A stretch of 49,522 nt of DNA from assembly GCA_016182645.1 (NCBI GenBank), contig JACPGD010000157.1, positions 1 through 49,522 of the forward strand, in the 5' to 3' direction. Below, one piece after another: positions 1 through 8,425 of this stretch. The stretch comes from Candidatus Hydrogenedentota bacterium. Lineage in GTDB: Bacteria > Hydrogenedentota > Hydrogenedentia > Hydrogenedentales > JACPGD01. The position numbers were made by a program, and so were the translations under genes. Below the pieces are notes generated by a model. The model was not told the DNA's origin. It worked only from the letters and a program-made list of their open reading frames with translations, and searched no databases. The stretch's first letter is position 1. Each line of letters begins with the position of its first letter.

Positions 1-1809
1 ATCGGGATTGCCTTCGGGATCAAGCACCGGCTCGCCGTTGTCCCACTTGCGCAGCGGAATCTCGCCGAGAATGCGCAGCTTTTCATTCGCAAAGTTGTAG
101 AAGTGCTGGCCCTCGTGCGGGCCGTAGCTGCGGTGCGTGTTCGGTTCCATCGCAAGCAGGCGCACCGCCCAGATTTCTTCGTCGTCGTATCGGCCGGCGT
201 CCGCGCCTTGCGTAAACCAATTGCTGCTCTGATCATTCTCTGGCGTGTTGAAAGCATCGAGCCCGTCGAAAGTGTCCGACCACTGTGTCACATAGCCTGG
301 AAAACTCTCGCGCTTGTAGAAGCTGCTCGTGCCGACAAGGCCATACGGCGTGCCCGCGGGCAATTCGGGATGCACGCTGCCGTCATTGGGCAGCCACGGA
401 AACTCATAGGGTTCGTCCTGACCATACAAGTCGCGGTAGGGCAGCAGCGCGCGCGGCCAAATCTCGTTGTACTCGTCGTCGTTCTTGATGTAGACGAGAT
501 CGGCGAGGCCGTTCAGAACGCGCCCCCCGGGAATGAGATAAATGCCGGCATCGACGGCGGGCAGTGTTCCGGGGCGTTCGAGCGCATTCACCGGCCCCGG
601 CGACCACGACACGAGCACATCGTTGTTGCGCCCGGCGGACGGATGTGTGAATTTGCCGACGCGCCCGCCCCCCGCGCCTTGCGGCGCCGCCTCATCCCCG
701 CCATGCGTGAACGGCGTGATGGAATGAATGCCGCGCGGGCTGAAACCCATCTGGAAGGGATAGTGAAACCCCTGGCCCACCGTCTGATCAATGGCAGGGT
801 TTTCATCAGGGAACGCGCTGTGGAAGCGCGACTCGCCCACAGGCGGGTCGAGGGGAAAGCGATAAAGCGCGCCGAACCCGAAATTGTTGAGGTTGTAGTA
901 GTCCTCCACCACGAGATCGCCGCCGCTGAGTTGCGTCATGAAATGAAATGCGCCCGCCTGCTTGAAGGAACTGACGAGCGGCTCCCAGTGGCGCCCATCG
1001 GGCCAAATCGCCCAAATCCCCCAGTTGCGCTCGTCACGCAGCCCCTGGCTTTCATAAGAACTGAACGCGATCCGTCCATCCACCAACGGCGTGGGATGCA
1101 GCGCACTGCCGATGGTCATCGGCGCAATGGGCGTGACGTTGCGGCCGTCTTCGTCCATCACGAAAAGTTGCAAGCACGGATTGGTGAAGCTTTTCGTCGG
1201 CATAAAGCCATTTCGATTGCTTACAAAGGCGACCTGCCCGCCCGCAAGCGGACACGGCGCCATATTGACGATGCCATAGCCTAGGCGGTTGTAGCCTTCG
1301 GGCGGGTCTACCGGATTGGATTCGTCCCAGCGGCCCGCGCCGGTATTCGGTGTGAACTCGCCGAAGGTCAATTGCTCAATGCGCCGCGTCGGGATATGGA
1401 TGCGGAAGATGTCCGCGCCCGCTTCGGAAAGGTAGCCGCGCTGGTAGTTCAAGACCTCCGGGCGCACATCGTGGAACAGCGCATAATAGACCCACTCGCC
1501 GTCGAAGCTGACGAACGGATCGGTCACTGCGCCATCACCCGGATCGAGGAGGACTTCGTCGCGGCCGTCGGGATAAAGCAGAATCAGGAGACAGCCCGGT
1601 TGGATGCGCGCGGGATGGAACACTTCCGGCCAGACCAGGTGCACTTCATCGCCATAGCGCGGCATGCGGATGTAGATGATGGAGTAATCCACGGGGGACT
1701 CGCCGCTGGCTTCCGCCGCGAAGAGCAGCGAGGCCAGGAGCATGCTCAGCGCCAGCAGCATTAAGGCCGCCACGCGCGGGACCCACAGGATGGTTGAGTG
1801 CATCAGCAT
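1..1809 (-). CDS. Secreted beta-propeller (TolB/PD40-like) protein; 3' end cut by the window edge
   Basis: Absent from the ORF track because there is no stop inside the window. My own reverse-strand translation is open from ATG at 1809 (GGAGG 8 nt upstream) to position 1, which is 603 codons. The N-terminus MLMHSTILWVPRVAALMLLALSMLLASLLFAAEA looks like a signal peptide. Propeller-like strands recur (FVMDEDGRNVTPI, WAIWPDGRHWEPL). The + strand ORFs 103..1284 and 1372..1764 are its antisense shadows. Confidence 0.6.
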   Translation of the reverse strand, partial: MLMHSTILWVPRVAALMLLALSMLLASLLFAAEASGESPVDYSIIYIRMPRYGDEVHLVWPEVFHPARIQPGCLLILLYPDGRDEVLLDPGDGAVTDPFVSFDGEWVYYALFHDVRPEVLNYQRGYLSEAGADIFRIHIPTRRIEQLTFGEFTPNTGAGRWDESNPVDPPEGYNRLGYGIVNMAPCPLAGGQVAFVSNRNGFMPTKSFTNPCLQLFVMDEDGRNVTPIAPMTIGSALHPTPLVDGRIAFSSYESQGLRDERNWGIWAIWPDGRHWEPLVSSFKQAGAFHFMTQLSGGDLVVEDYYNLNNFGFGALYRFPLDPPVGESRFHSAFPDENPAIDQTVGQGFHYPFQMGFSPRGIHSITPFTHGGDEAAPQGAGGGRVGKFTHPSAGRNNDVLVSWSPGPVNALERPGTLPAVDAGIYLIPGGRVLNGLADLVYIKNDDEYNEIWPRALLPYRDLYGQDEPYEFPWLPNDGSVHPELPAGTPYGLVGTSSFYKRESFPGYVTQWSDTFDGLDAFNTPENDQSSNWFTQGADAGRYDDEEIWAVRLLAMEPNTHRSYGPHEGQHFYNFANEKLRILGEIPLRKWDNGEPVLDPEGNPD

Positions 1810-2135
1810 AGACTCGCCCTCCATGACCGGCGTTCCCAGGCCCTGCGGCCCAGGAAACGCGCCATCGAGTGGAGAAGCGAGGGCAACCGTCATGCCAATA
1901 CAATCCCTTATCGCGGAAGTCCAGCAATCATCACGGGTTTAGTATACCTGGAAGCAGCGCGACGTGCGGGAAACGTGATTGGCTGGCGACATTTTTTGTG
2001 CGGGAACGGCAAAAAGCGGCAGGGAGGGAATACGGAGGATCGACTCGCAGGGGGTGGCGCCCACAATAGAAAGTTTTACCTCAAGAGAATAATGTAAAAT
2101 GAGAGGCAACACTCGGCTTGTGGATGATCCAGGCA

Positions 2136-3758
2136 ATGACCAAGACACAACAATTCAGACAACTCCTTCAAAGTGACCGAACGGAATTCCTGATGGAGGC
2201 GCACAGCGGTCTGAGCGCCAAGATCGTGGAGGAGGCCGGTTTCAAGGGTATCTGGGCGAGTGGCCTTTCCATTTCGGCGGCACTGGGGGTCCGCGACAAT
2301 AATGAGGCGAGCTGGACGCAGGTGCTCGAAGTCTGTGAGTTCATGAGCGATGCCACCACGATTCCGATCCTGCTGGACGGCGACACCGGCTACGGCAATT
2401 TCAACAACATGCGGCGGCTGGTGCACAAGCTCGAACAGCGCGGCGTGGCGGCGGTATGTATCGAGGACAAGCTCTTTCCAAAAACGAATTCCTTCATCGA
2501 AAGCGAACAGCAGCCATTGGCGGATGTGGATGAGTTCGCGGGCAAGATCAAGGCAGCCAAGGACGGCCAAAGCGACCCGGATTTTTCTGTTGTGGCGCGG
2601 CTGGAAGCGTTTATCGCGGGGTGGGGGCTGGACGAAATGCTCTGGCGGGCGGATGCCTATTACGAGGCCGGCGCCGACGCCTTGCTCATCCACAGCAAGA
2701 AGAGCACGCCTGAACAAATCATTGCCTTTGCCCACGCCTGGAACCAGCGGCCCGTGGACCAGCGATGCCCCCTGGTTATCGTACCGACGACGTATTACAG
2801 CACCCCGGTCCAGACCTTTGAGGAGGCGGGGATCAAGATTGTCATCTGGGCGAACCATAACGTTCGCGCTTCCATCCGGGCCATGCAGGAAACGAGCCGG
2901 CAGATTTTTCAGGAGCAGTCATTGATTCGGGTCGAGGATCGGGTGGTGCCGGTGAAGGAAGTGTTCCGACTCCAAAACGCGGATGAATTGCTGGCCGCCG
3001 AAGAGCGCTACCTGCCCCGGCGCGGGGAAAGCCTGCGCGCCATCGTGGTGGCCGCGGCGCGCGGCAGCGACCTGCGCGATCTCACCCAGGCCAAACCCAA
3101 GACCATGGTTTCCGTGAACGGGCGCCCCATTCTGCACCGCCTGATCGAACATTTCCGGCGTGAGCGGGTGAAGGATATTGTCGTTGTCCGTGGCTTCGCC
3201 AAGGACGAAGTCCACGCCCCCGATGTGACCTTTGTGGACAATGATGCGTTTGAGACGACGGGAGAACTGTACACCTTATCGCTGGCGCAAAAGCTGCTGG
3301 AAGGAGAACTCATCATTTCCTACGGCGACATCATCTTCCGGAAATACATCTTGACCAATCTCCTGGCGGAGGAAGACGATATTGTGCTCGCGGTGGACGC
3401 GGCCTGGCAGCAGCGGCCCAACTTTAACGGGTTGGAGGATTTTGTGAGCACCTCCCAGCCCTACTCACGGACTTATGGCGAAGATGAAGTTTTCTTGACC
3501 AGAATGGACACGAAATTGCCCGTGCACACCATCAATGGAGAATGGATTGGCCTCTGCAAGACTTCGGCGAAAGGCACGGCGATTGTCAAGGCGGCCATCG
3601 AGGAAATGCAGCAACGCGAGGATTTTCGGGCATTGCAACTTTACGACTTGTTCAACCATATCGTCAGTCAGAACCACCCTGTCCGCGTCATGTTCATCAC
3701 GGGGCACTGGGTGGATGTTGATAACCTGCACGACCTCGCGCGGGCGCAAGCATTCTAG
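2136..3758 (+). CDS. pepM: Phosphoenolpyruvate mutase fused to a C-terminal nucleotidyl(cytidylyl)transferase domain
   Basis: The N-terminal half aligns by eye with PEP mutases ([45 protein letters not shown]; DGDTGYG). It carries the PepM-discriminating motif [10 protein letters not shown]. The C-terminal roughly 240 aa starts [32 protein letters not shown], which resembles a LicC/PntC-type NTP-transferase N-terminus. I chose the start at [11 protein letters not shown] by analogy with other PepM N-termini; the track ORF begins at TTG 2118. Confidence 0.9.
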   Translation: MTKTQQFRQLLQSDRTEFLMEAHSGLSAKIVEEAGFKGIWASGLSISAALGVRDNNEASWTQVLEVCEFMSDATTIPILLDGDTGYGNFNNMRRLVHKLEQRGVAAVCIEDKLFPKTNSFIESEQQPLADVDEFAGKIKAAKDGQSDPDFSVVARLEAFIAGWGLDEMLWRADAYYEAGADALLIHSKKSTPEQIIAFAHAWNQRPVDQRCPLVIVPTTYYSTPVQTFEEAGIKIVIWANHNVRASIRAMQETSRQIFQEQSLIRVEDRVVPVKEVFRLQNADELLAAEERYLPRRGESLRAIVVAAARGSDLRDLTQAKPKTMVSVNGRPILHRLIEHFRRERVKDIVVVRGFAKDEVHAPDVTFVDNDAFETTGELYTLSLAQKLLEGELIISYGDIIFRKYILTNLLAEEDDIVLAVDAAWQQRPNFNGLEDFVSTSQPYSRTYGEDEVFLTRMDTKLPVHTINGEWIGLCKTSAKGTAIVKAAIEEMQQREDFRALQLYDLFNHIVSQNHPVRVMFITGHWVDVDNLHDLARAQAF

Positions 3759-3842
3759 GGTGGACCATTCGTGTTCGGTTAACGCGGGTATTGCTGTGAT
3801 TTCCATCTCTATTCATCGCACAATAAACGTTTGCGCGAACGC

Positions 3843-3927
3843 CTCTGGATTCCCGCCTTCGCGGGAATGACGAAACGCAGAAATGGCCCAAGAGCACCGT
3901 CATTCCCGCGAAGGCGGGAATCCAGAG
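3843..3927. repeat. 85-bp palindromic element: 30-bp perfect inverted repeat around a 25-nt spacer
   Basis: 3843-3872 ctctggattcccgccttcgcgggaatgacg is the exact reverse complement of 3898-3927. Each arm also holds its own small hairpin (attcccgc-cttc-gcgggaat). It lies in the pepM-ppd intergenic region. Confidence 0.9.
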
Positions 3928-3972
3928 ACGGGGGTGTTGCGCCTAGACAGAACACGAATGTAGAGTGGAATC

Positions 3973-5130
3973 ATGATCAAGGCCGAATCCTTCATCGAGC
4001 GTATCCGGCGACTGGGCTATTCACAATTCGCGGGCGTGCCGTGTTCCTTTCTGACACCCTTCATCAATTTTGTCATCGATAATCCTACGCTGGACTATGT
4101 CGGCGCAACGAGTGAAGGCGAGGCCGCGGGGATTAGCCTTGGCGCGTACCTTGCGGGCCGGAAAACGGTGACGATGTGCCAGAATTCCGGCCTGGGCAAC
4201 ATGGTGAATCCGCTGACGTCGCTCAATTATCCGTTCCGTGTTCCGACCCTGTTGATCAGCACGTGGCGCGGCCAGCCCGGCGTGAAAGACGAGCCCCAGC
4301 ACGAGCAGATGGGCCGCATCATGCATTCCCTCCTCGACGTGCTGGAGATTCCCTGGCTGCCATTCCCCACCGAGGAAGCCGAGGTCGATGCCGTGCTCGC
4401 GCAGGCCGAGGACAGTATGCAAGAGCGTCAACGGCCCTTTGCGCTGGTCATGGCCAAGGACTCGGTGGCGCCGCATGAATTGAAGCACTCGCCACGCCCG
4501 CAGATCGTGCAGACGGATTCGCGCTGCCTGTTGGGCCTGCAAGAACAGGCGCGGATGATCCGCACGGAAGCATTGCAGGTCATCCTCGAGACGCTGGCGG
4601 GCAATGAAGCGATCATCGCCACGACAGGCAAGACCGGGCGCGAGCTCTTCACCATCGCGGACCGGCCGAACCACCTCTATGTCGTGGGCGGCATGGGCAC
4701 GGCATCCGCCATCGGCTTTGGCGTGGCGCATGCGCTGCCCCAGCAGCCAGTGGTGGTCATCGATGGCGACGGCGCCGCCCTGATGAAGCTGGGCACACTC
4801 GCCACTGTCGGGTTCTACCAACCGAAAAATCTGTTGCATATCCTCCTCGATAATGAGCAGCACGACAGCACCGGCGGCCAGCAAACATCGTCGGGCGTGA
4901 CGCGGTTTGCCGAGATGGCCGCAGCGGCGAATTACCGCAACGCCTATGCCGCGGAGCGCGAAGACGACGTTAGGGATTGCCTGGAGGAACTGCGAAGACG
5001 CGAAGGCCCGTCCCTCCTGCACGTGAAAATCAAGCCAGGCTCCCCCAAGGAACTGGGGCGACCCACCGTCAAGCCGCACGAGGTGAAGGAGCGGTTTATG
5101 GCGTTCTTGCGAAGTGCGCCAGGCAAATAA
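3973..5130 (+). CDS. ppd: Phosphonopyruvate decarboxylase (TPP-dependent)
   Basis: The N-terminus has the typical Ppd pattern (FAGVPCSFLTPFINFV, ATSEGEAAGISLGAYLAG, STWRGQPGVKDEPQHEQMG). The TPP-binding region is GDGAALMKLGTLATVG...LLDNEQHDSTGGQ. It sits directly downstream of pepM. Confidence 0.9.
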   Translation: MIKAESFIERIRRLGYSQFAGVPCSFLTPFINFVIDNPTLDYVGATSEGEAAGISLGAYLAGRKTVTMCQNSGLGNMVNPLTSLNYPFRVPTLLISTWRGQPGVKDEPQHEQMGRIMHSLLDVLEIPWLPFPTEEAEVDAVLAQAEDSMQERQRPFALVMAKDSVAPHELKHSPRPQIVQTDSRCLLGLQEQARMIRTEALQVILETLAGNEAIIATTGKTGRELFTIADRPNHLYVVGGMGTASAIGFGVAHALPQQPVVVIDGDGAALMKLGTLATVGFYQPKNLLHILLDNEQHDSTGGQQTSSGVTRFAEMAAAANYRNAYAAEREDDVRDCLEELRRREGPSLLHVKIKPGSPKELGRPTVKPHEVKERFMAFLRSAPGK

Positions 5131-5543
5131 GGGTTGCGCGCACTGGCCCCTCCTCTCCGCCCGGCCATGGACAGAATATAACCAGGGGGAGGATCAGAGT
5201 CTTGCCACTTCCCGGCACTCCGGTGTGGTAAAGTGCATCAATTGGCGTAGATTTTGGATTCAATCTCCTGGCACGCTGGATGCTCATGCTTGACAGACTA
5301 GGCTTAACCGCCAAAACAGGGAGATCTGAGTCATGATGATTGTCTGGTCGTTTCTTGCCGCCATTTTGTCTTTGTTTGGGCTGGACACCGGCTCCGGTTG
5401 GGACGGTTGGGATGGCCATCCCGGCATGATGGGCTGGTGGTGGTAAGACACAAGCCGCTGCCGGGATGACAACGGCGGAGTCGATTCTCTTTGGGCTGAT
5501 GGGTCACACACCATTTCGTGGGGCCTATCGGCCCTTCCGCTGG

Positions 5544-5927
5544 TCAGGGGCAACTTACAGTCGATAGGTTCTCATCGGGAACGTCATCAAAAAATGTGTC
5601 TTCCGGATCATACGCCGGCACGCCGATGATGAGTGCTTCCAGGTCGCCTTCGGCGTGGTGCATGTGGTAGGGCTTGATCCAGACGCAGTCGCCGGGGGCG
5701 AGGGAGACGCGCTCGTTGTCGATGATGAGCGTGCCTTCGCCGCCAAGGACGTAGTAGTACTCGTGGGTTTGCTTATGCCAGTGGGGCTTGGCGTTGTCCA
5801 CGCGCAAGCGCGTGATGCTGGCGGGGACGTTGTCATCTTTTTTCAGCAGTCGCTGGCGGAAACCGCAGGTGCTACGCTCCTGTGCTTGGGCGTCCGCGGA
5901 AACTTTTACGTAGGCGGCGTCGTTCAT
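5544..5927 (-). CDS. Cupin-domain protein
   Basis: Cupin motifs are PHWHKQTHEYYYVLGGEG...LAPGDCVWIKPYHMHHAEG. I set the start at ATG 5927, which forms an ATGA overlap with the stop of the upstream gene (5924-5926) and is preceded by GGAG. The track ORF extends to 6143 inside the neighbouring gene. Confidence 0.75.
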   Translation of the reverse strand: MNDAAYVKVSADAQAQERSTCGFRQRLLKKDDNVPASITRLRVDNAKPHWHKQTHEYYYVLGGEGTLIIDNERVSLAPGDCVWIKPYHMHHAEGDLEALIIGVPAYDPEDTFFDDVPDENLSTVSCP

Positions 5928-6805
5928 GGAGATTTCTCCGTCGGGACCACTTCGATTTCGAAGAGTTTGGGCCATAATTTGCCAGTAACAAATAGCCTGT
6001 CCGCGGCGTCGTCGTAGGCGATGCCGTTGAGGACATCGACGGGCTGGAGCCGGTCCTGCGCCGTCAAGAGGCCGCGGCAGTCGATCCAGCCGGTCACGTT
6101 GCCGGTGATGGGATCGATCCGGGCGATGTAATCCGTCTGCCACACATTCGCGAAGACTTCGCCGTCGATGTATTCTAGTTCATTGAGGCGGGTCACCGGG
6201 CTGCCGTCGTCACGCACGCTGACACTGCCGATAGTGACGAAAGTCGTGGGGTCCCAGAAATACAGGGTCGAAGTGCCGTCGCTCATGATGAGGCGCGTGC
6301 CATCATGGGTGATGCCCCAGCCTTCGGTGAGATAGGAAAAGGTGCGCAGGAGTTGGAGCGTGGTCTTGTCGAATTCGAAGCCCACGTGACTGCGCCAGGT
6401 GAGCATGATAATACGGTCGTCGAAGATGGTGATGCCTTCGCCAAAATACTCCTGCGCCAGGTCCGCCTGTTGGAGCACCTGTCCCGTCACGTAGTCCACG
6501 CGCCGCACGGAGCTGCGGCCGTTGAGGCCGGTGCTCTCGTACATCACGCCATCGTCCACCACCAGCCCCTGCGTGAACGCGCCGCGATCATGCGGAAAGA
6601 TACTGACGATGCGGTAGGTGCAGTCGCCAGTGCAGCCGATGGAACCGTTCTGGACGGGATCCGGAACATTCTGCGGCGGCCAGTCGCAGGCGGGCGGGGT
6701 CGTGGCGGCCAATGCGAGCAACAGCACGAGGAAACTGGGCCAGTAGCGCCGGAGCGCGGCGTGCCGGCGCGACAGGAGCCATCTATAGAGAGGGGACCGA
6801 TTCAT
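5924..6805 (-). CDS. Glutaminyl-peptide cyclotransferase (beta-propeller, plant/bacterial type)
   Basis: Characteristic pattern FPHDRGAFTQGLVVDDGVMYESTGLNGRSSVRRVD...EGWGITHDG..LIMSDGTSTLYFWDP...LNELEY..GEVFANVW....IARIDP.TG.V.GWID. It has an N-terminal hydrophobic anchor or signal. Confidence 0.8.
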   Translation of the reverse strand: MNRSPLYRWLLSRRHAALRRYWPSFLVLLLALAATTPPACDWPPQNVPDPVQNGSIGCTGDCTYRIVSIFPHDRGAFTQGLVVDDGVMYESTGLNGRSSVRRVDYVTGQVLQQADLAQEYFGEGITIFDDRIIMLTWRSHVGFEFDKTTLQLLRTFSYLTEGWGITHDGTRLIMSDGTSTLYFWDPTTFVTIGSVSVRDDGSPVTRLNELEYIDGEVFANVWQTDYIARIDPITGNVTGWIDCRGLLTAQDRLQPVDVLNGIAYDDAADRLFVTGKLWPKLFEIEVVPTEKSP

Positions 6806-6888
6806 GCGTCACATTATGCGAAGGATTGGCCGCTGGAACAAGCCGCAGGGCCGGAGTTGTGTCCACCATATCAAGGCTGGAGTAGCAA

Positions 6889-6915
6889 GAGATTCTTCGC
6901 TGCGCTCAGCATGAC
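6889..6915 (+). repeat. 27-nt dispersed repeat, copy 1 (gagattcttcgctgcgctcagcatgac)
   Basis: Matches 15831-15857 at 25 of 27 positions in the same orientation. It lies between the glutaminyl cyclase start and the OMP stop. Confidence 0.7.
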
Positions 6916-6976
6916 AAAAATTTGAAGTCTCTGGTGAGGCTTGGCCGCCTTCAACATGCCCCCTGAAGATTGAGGC

Positions 6977-8425
6977 TCAGAAGTAGATGACAGTGGATAG
7001 GTAGAGGAGGTGCTGGCTCACCTCCGCGTCGGTGGCAGGCAAACCAAACGTGTCTTTGCGTACACCGCTGCCCCAGCGGTAGGTGTAGGCGGCGTCCAGA
7101 TTGACGCGGTTCTTCACGAGCACGCCCGCGCCGAGCGTAAATCCGAAGTAGTCTTCCGGCTTCCCGTCGCCTTTCAGAAGCAGTCCATTCAAGAAGTCCT
7201 GCCGCCCGCCGGATGGTTCGGGATCGTAGAAGACGCCCGCGCGTAAACTGGGCAGGTAGTCCTGCTTCGGCTTCTTGGGATTGACAAACACATACTCGCC
7301 ACCCAGCCGGACCGTATAGGTGGGATCAATTTCCGTGATAGAGGCCGGTAGTCCGGTAATGCCGGAGATGCGGCGCCGGAAAACCGAAGGATTGCGCGGG
7401 TCGAGAATGACGAACTGGTCCCACTCGCGCCGGGTAACATCCATGGTAAGCGTCAGCTTGTCCTTCGGAAAGCGGTAGGCCACACCCAGGCCGATGGCGC
7501 TGGGGAAGGTATACTGCTGGTCCCGCTTCGCGCGCGTGGGGGCGCCGAGCCCCGCCGCGGTGCTGAGCGTGTACGTAAACTGATTAAACTCGACGTCGGC
7601 GGTGAATTTTGTGTGATATACCATGCCGACTTTGAGGCGCTCGGTCGCATTCCAGAGCGCGCCGAAAGTGTAGTTCGTTCCGCGGAAATCCTTGTAGTCC
7701 TCAACCACCGTGAGCCGGGTGAAGCCGCCGCCGGGGATAGCGCCGTCAATCATCAGGCGGTTGCGGTAGCTGCGGCGCACCTTCCACTCATTGTCGGGCA
7801 AGAGATCCTGGTCCCAGAGATTCATGACCATGCCCACGGAGAGCTTGTCCGTAATTTCGAAGCCGAACGCCGGGGAGAGCGTGCTCAGTGCCCCGCGCTG
7901 GCTATAGTCGATCCAGGTCTTGCTGTTGATGATATTGCCGACCGGTGGGATGGCCGTCAGCATGCGGAAGGGAATATTCAAGTCGCGGTCGAAATCGTAC
8001 TTGCGCTGGTAATTGAGACTCAGCACGAAATTGCGGCCCTTCCACGTCCAGGGCACGGGATAGACGAAGCTGAAATAGTTGACGTCATTAAAGGAGACGC
8101 CGTTGTTCCCGTCCATCTCGGGATGGAAAGAGGAGGTAAAGTCCTCGCGCAGCCACTTGTAGTTGTAGACCAGCGATAGTTCCGGACGTTCAAGTTGGGT
8201 CAGGCCGCCGGGGTTCCAGGACGCGGCGGTCGCGTCGTCCGCCACGGCGATGAAGGCGCCGCCCATACCCAGGGCGCGGGCGCCACTGCCGACGACATTG
8301 GGCGACGACGTGATCTGGGGTTGACCCCAGGCCGCCAGCGTCAGAAACAGGAGTAGCCCCGAAAGGCTACATGGTGATTGCCGGAGTACCCTGAGCAATG
8401 CTGACTCCCTCCGCGCTCTTTTCAA
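6977..8425 (-). CDS. Outer-membrane beta-barrel protein (FadL/PorV-like)
   Basis: Signal peptide LSGLLLFLTLAAWG, then GARALGMGGAFIAVADDATAASWNPGGL, which is typical of FadL/PorV-type barrels. Alternating beta-strand pattern throughout, with a C-terminal aromatic residue (..STVIYF). The start at 8425 is TTG and overlaps the upstream gene by 59 nt, so it is uncertain. Confidence 0.7.
   Translation of the reverse strand: MKRARRESALLRVLRQSPCSLSGLLLFLTLAAWGQPQITSSPNVVGSGARALGMGGAFIAVADDATAASWNPGGLTQLERPELSLVYNYKWLREDFTSSFHPEMDGNNGVSFNDVNYFSFVYPVPWTWKGRNFVLSLNYQRKYDFDRDLNIPFRMLTAIPPVGNIINSKTWIDYSQRGALSTLSPAFGFEITDKLSVGMVMNLWDQDLLPDNEWKVRRSYRNRLMIDGAIPGGGFTRLTVVEDYKDFRGTNYTFGALWNATERLKVGMVYHTKFTADVEFNQFTYTLSTAAGLGAPTRAKRDQQYTFPSAIGLGVAYRFPKDKLTLTMDVTRREWDQFVILDPRNPSVFRRRISGITGLPASITEIDPTYTVRLGGEYVFVNPKKPKQDYLPSLRAGVFYDPEPSGGRQDFLNGLLLKGDGKPEDYFGFTLGAGVLVKNRVNLDAAYTYRWGSGVRKDTFGLPATDAEVSQHLLYLSTVIYF

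Noticed and set aside
103-1764. Long + strand ORFs 103..1284 (393 aa) and 1372..1764 (130 aa)
   Set aside because: They are Arg/Ala/Val-rich with no recognisable motifs. They lie exactly antisense to a well-formed minus-strand gene, which has a signal peptide and an RBS and runs off the window. They are typical high-GC shadow ORFs.
3843-3927. Calling the 85-bp palindromic element a MITE or other mobile element
   Set aside because: I could find no target-site duplication and no second copy in this window, and no transposase is nearby. I report it only as a repeat or hairpin.
2076-5079. Minus-strand ORFs 2076..2858 and 4021..5079, antisense to pepM and ppd
   Set aside because: The + strand products carry diagnostic PepM and Ppd motifs. 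The antisense ORFs have no motifs and a skewed composition.
5161-5190. A single ATGGAC followed by ATATAACCA GGGGGAGGA as a seventh 9-bp repeat locus
   Set aside because: Only one recognisable unit is present. The periodicity is not supported beyond chance.
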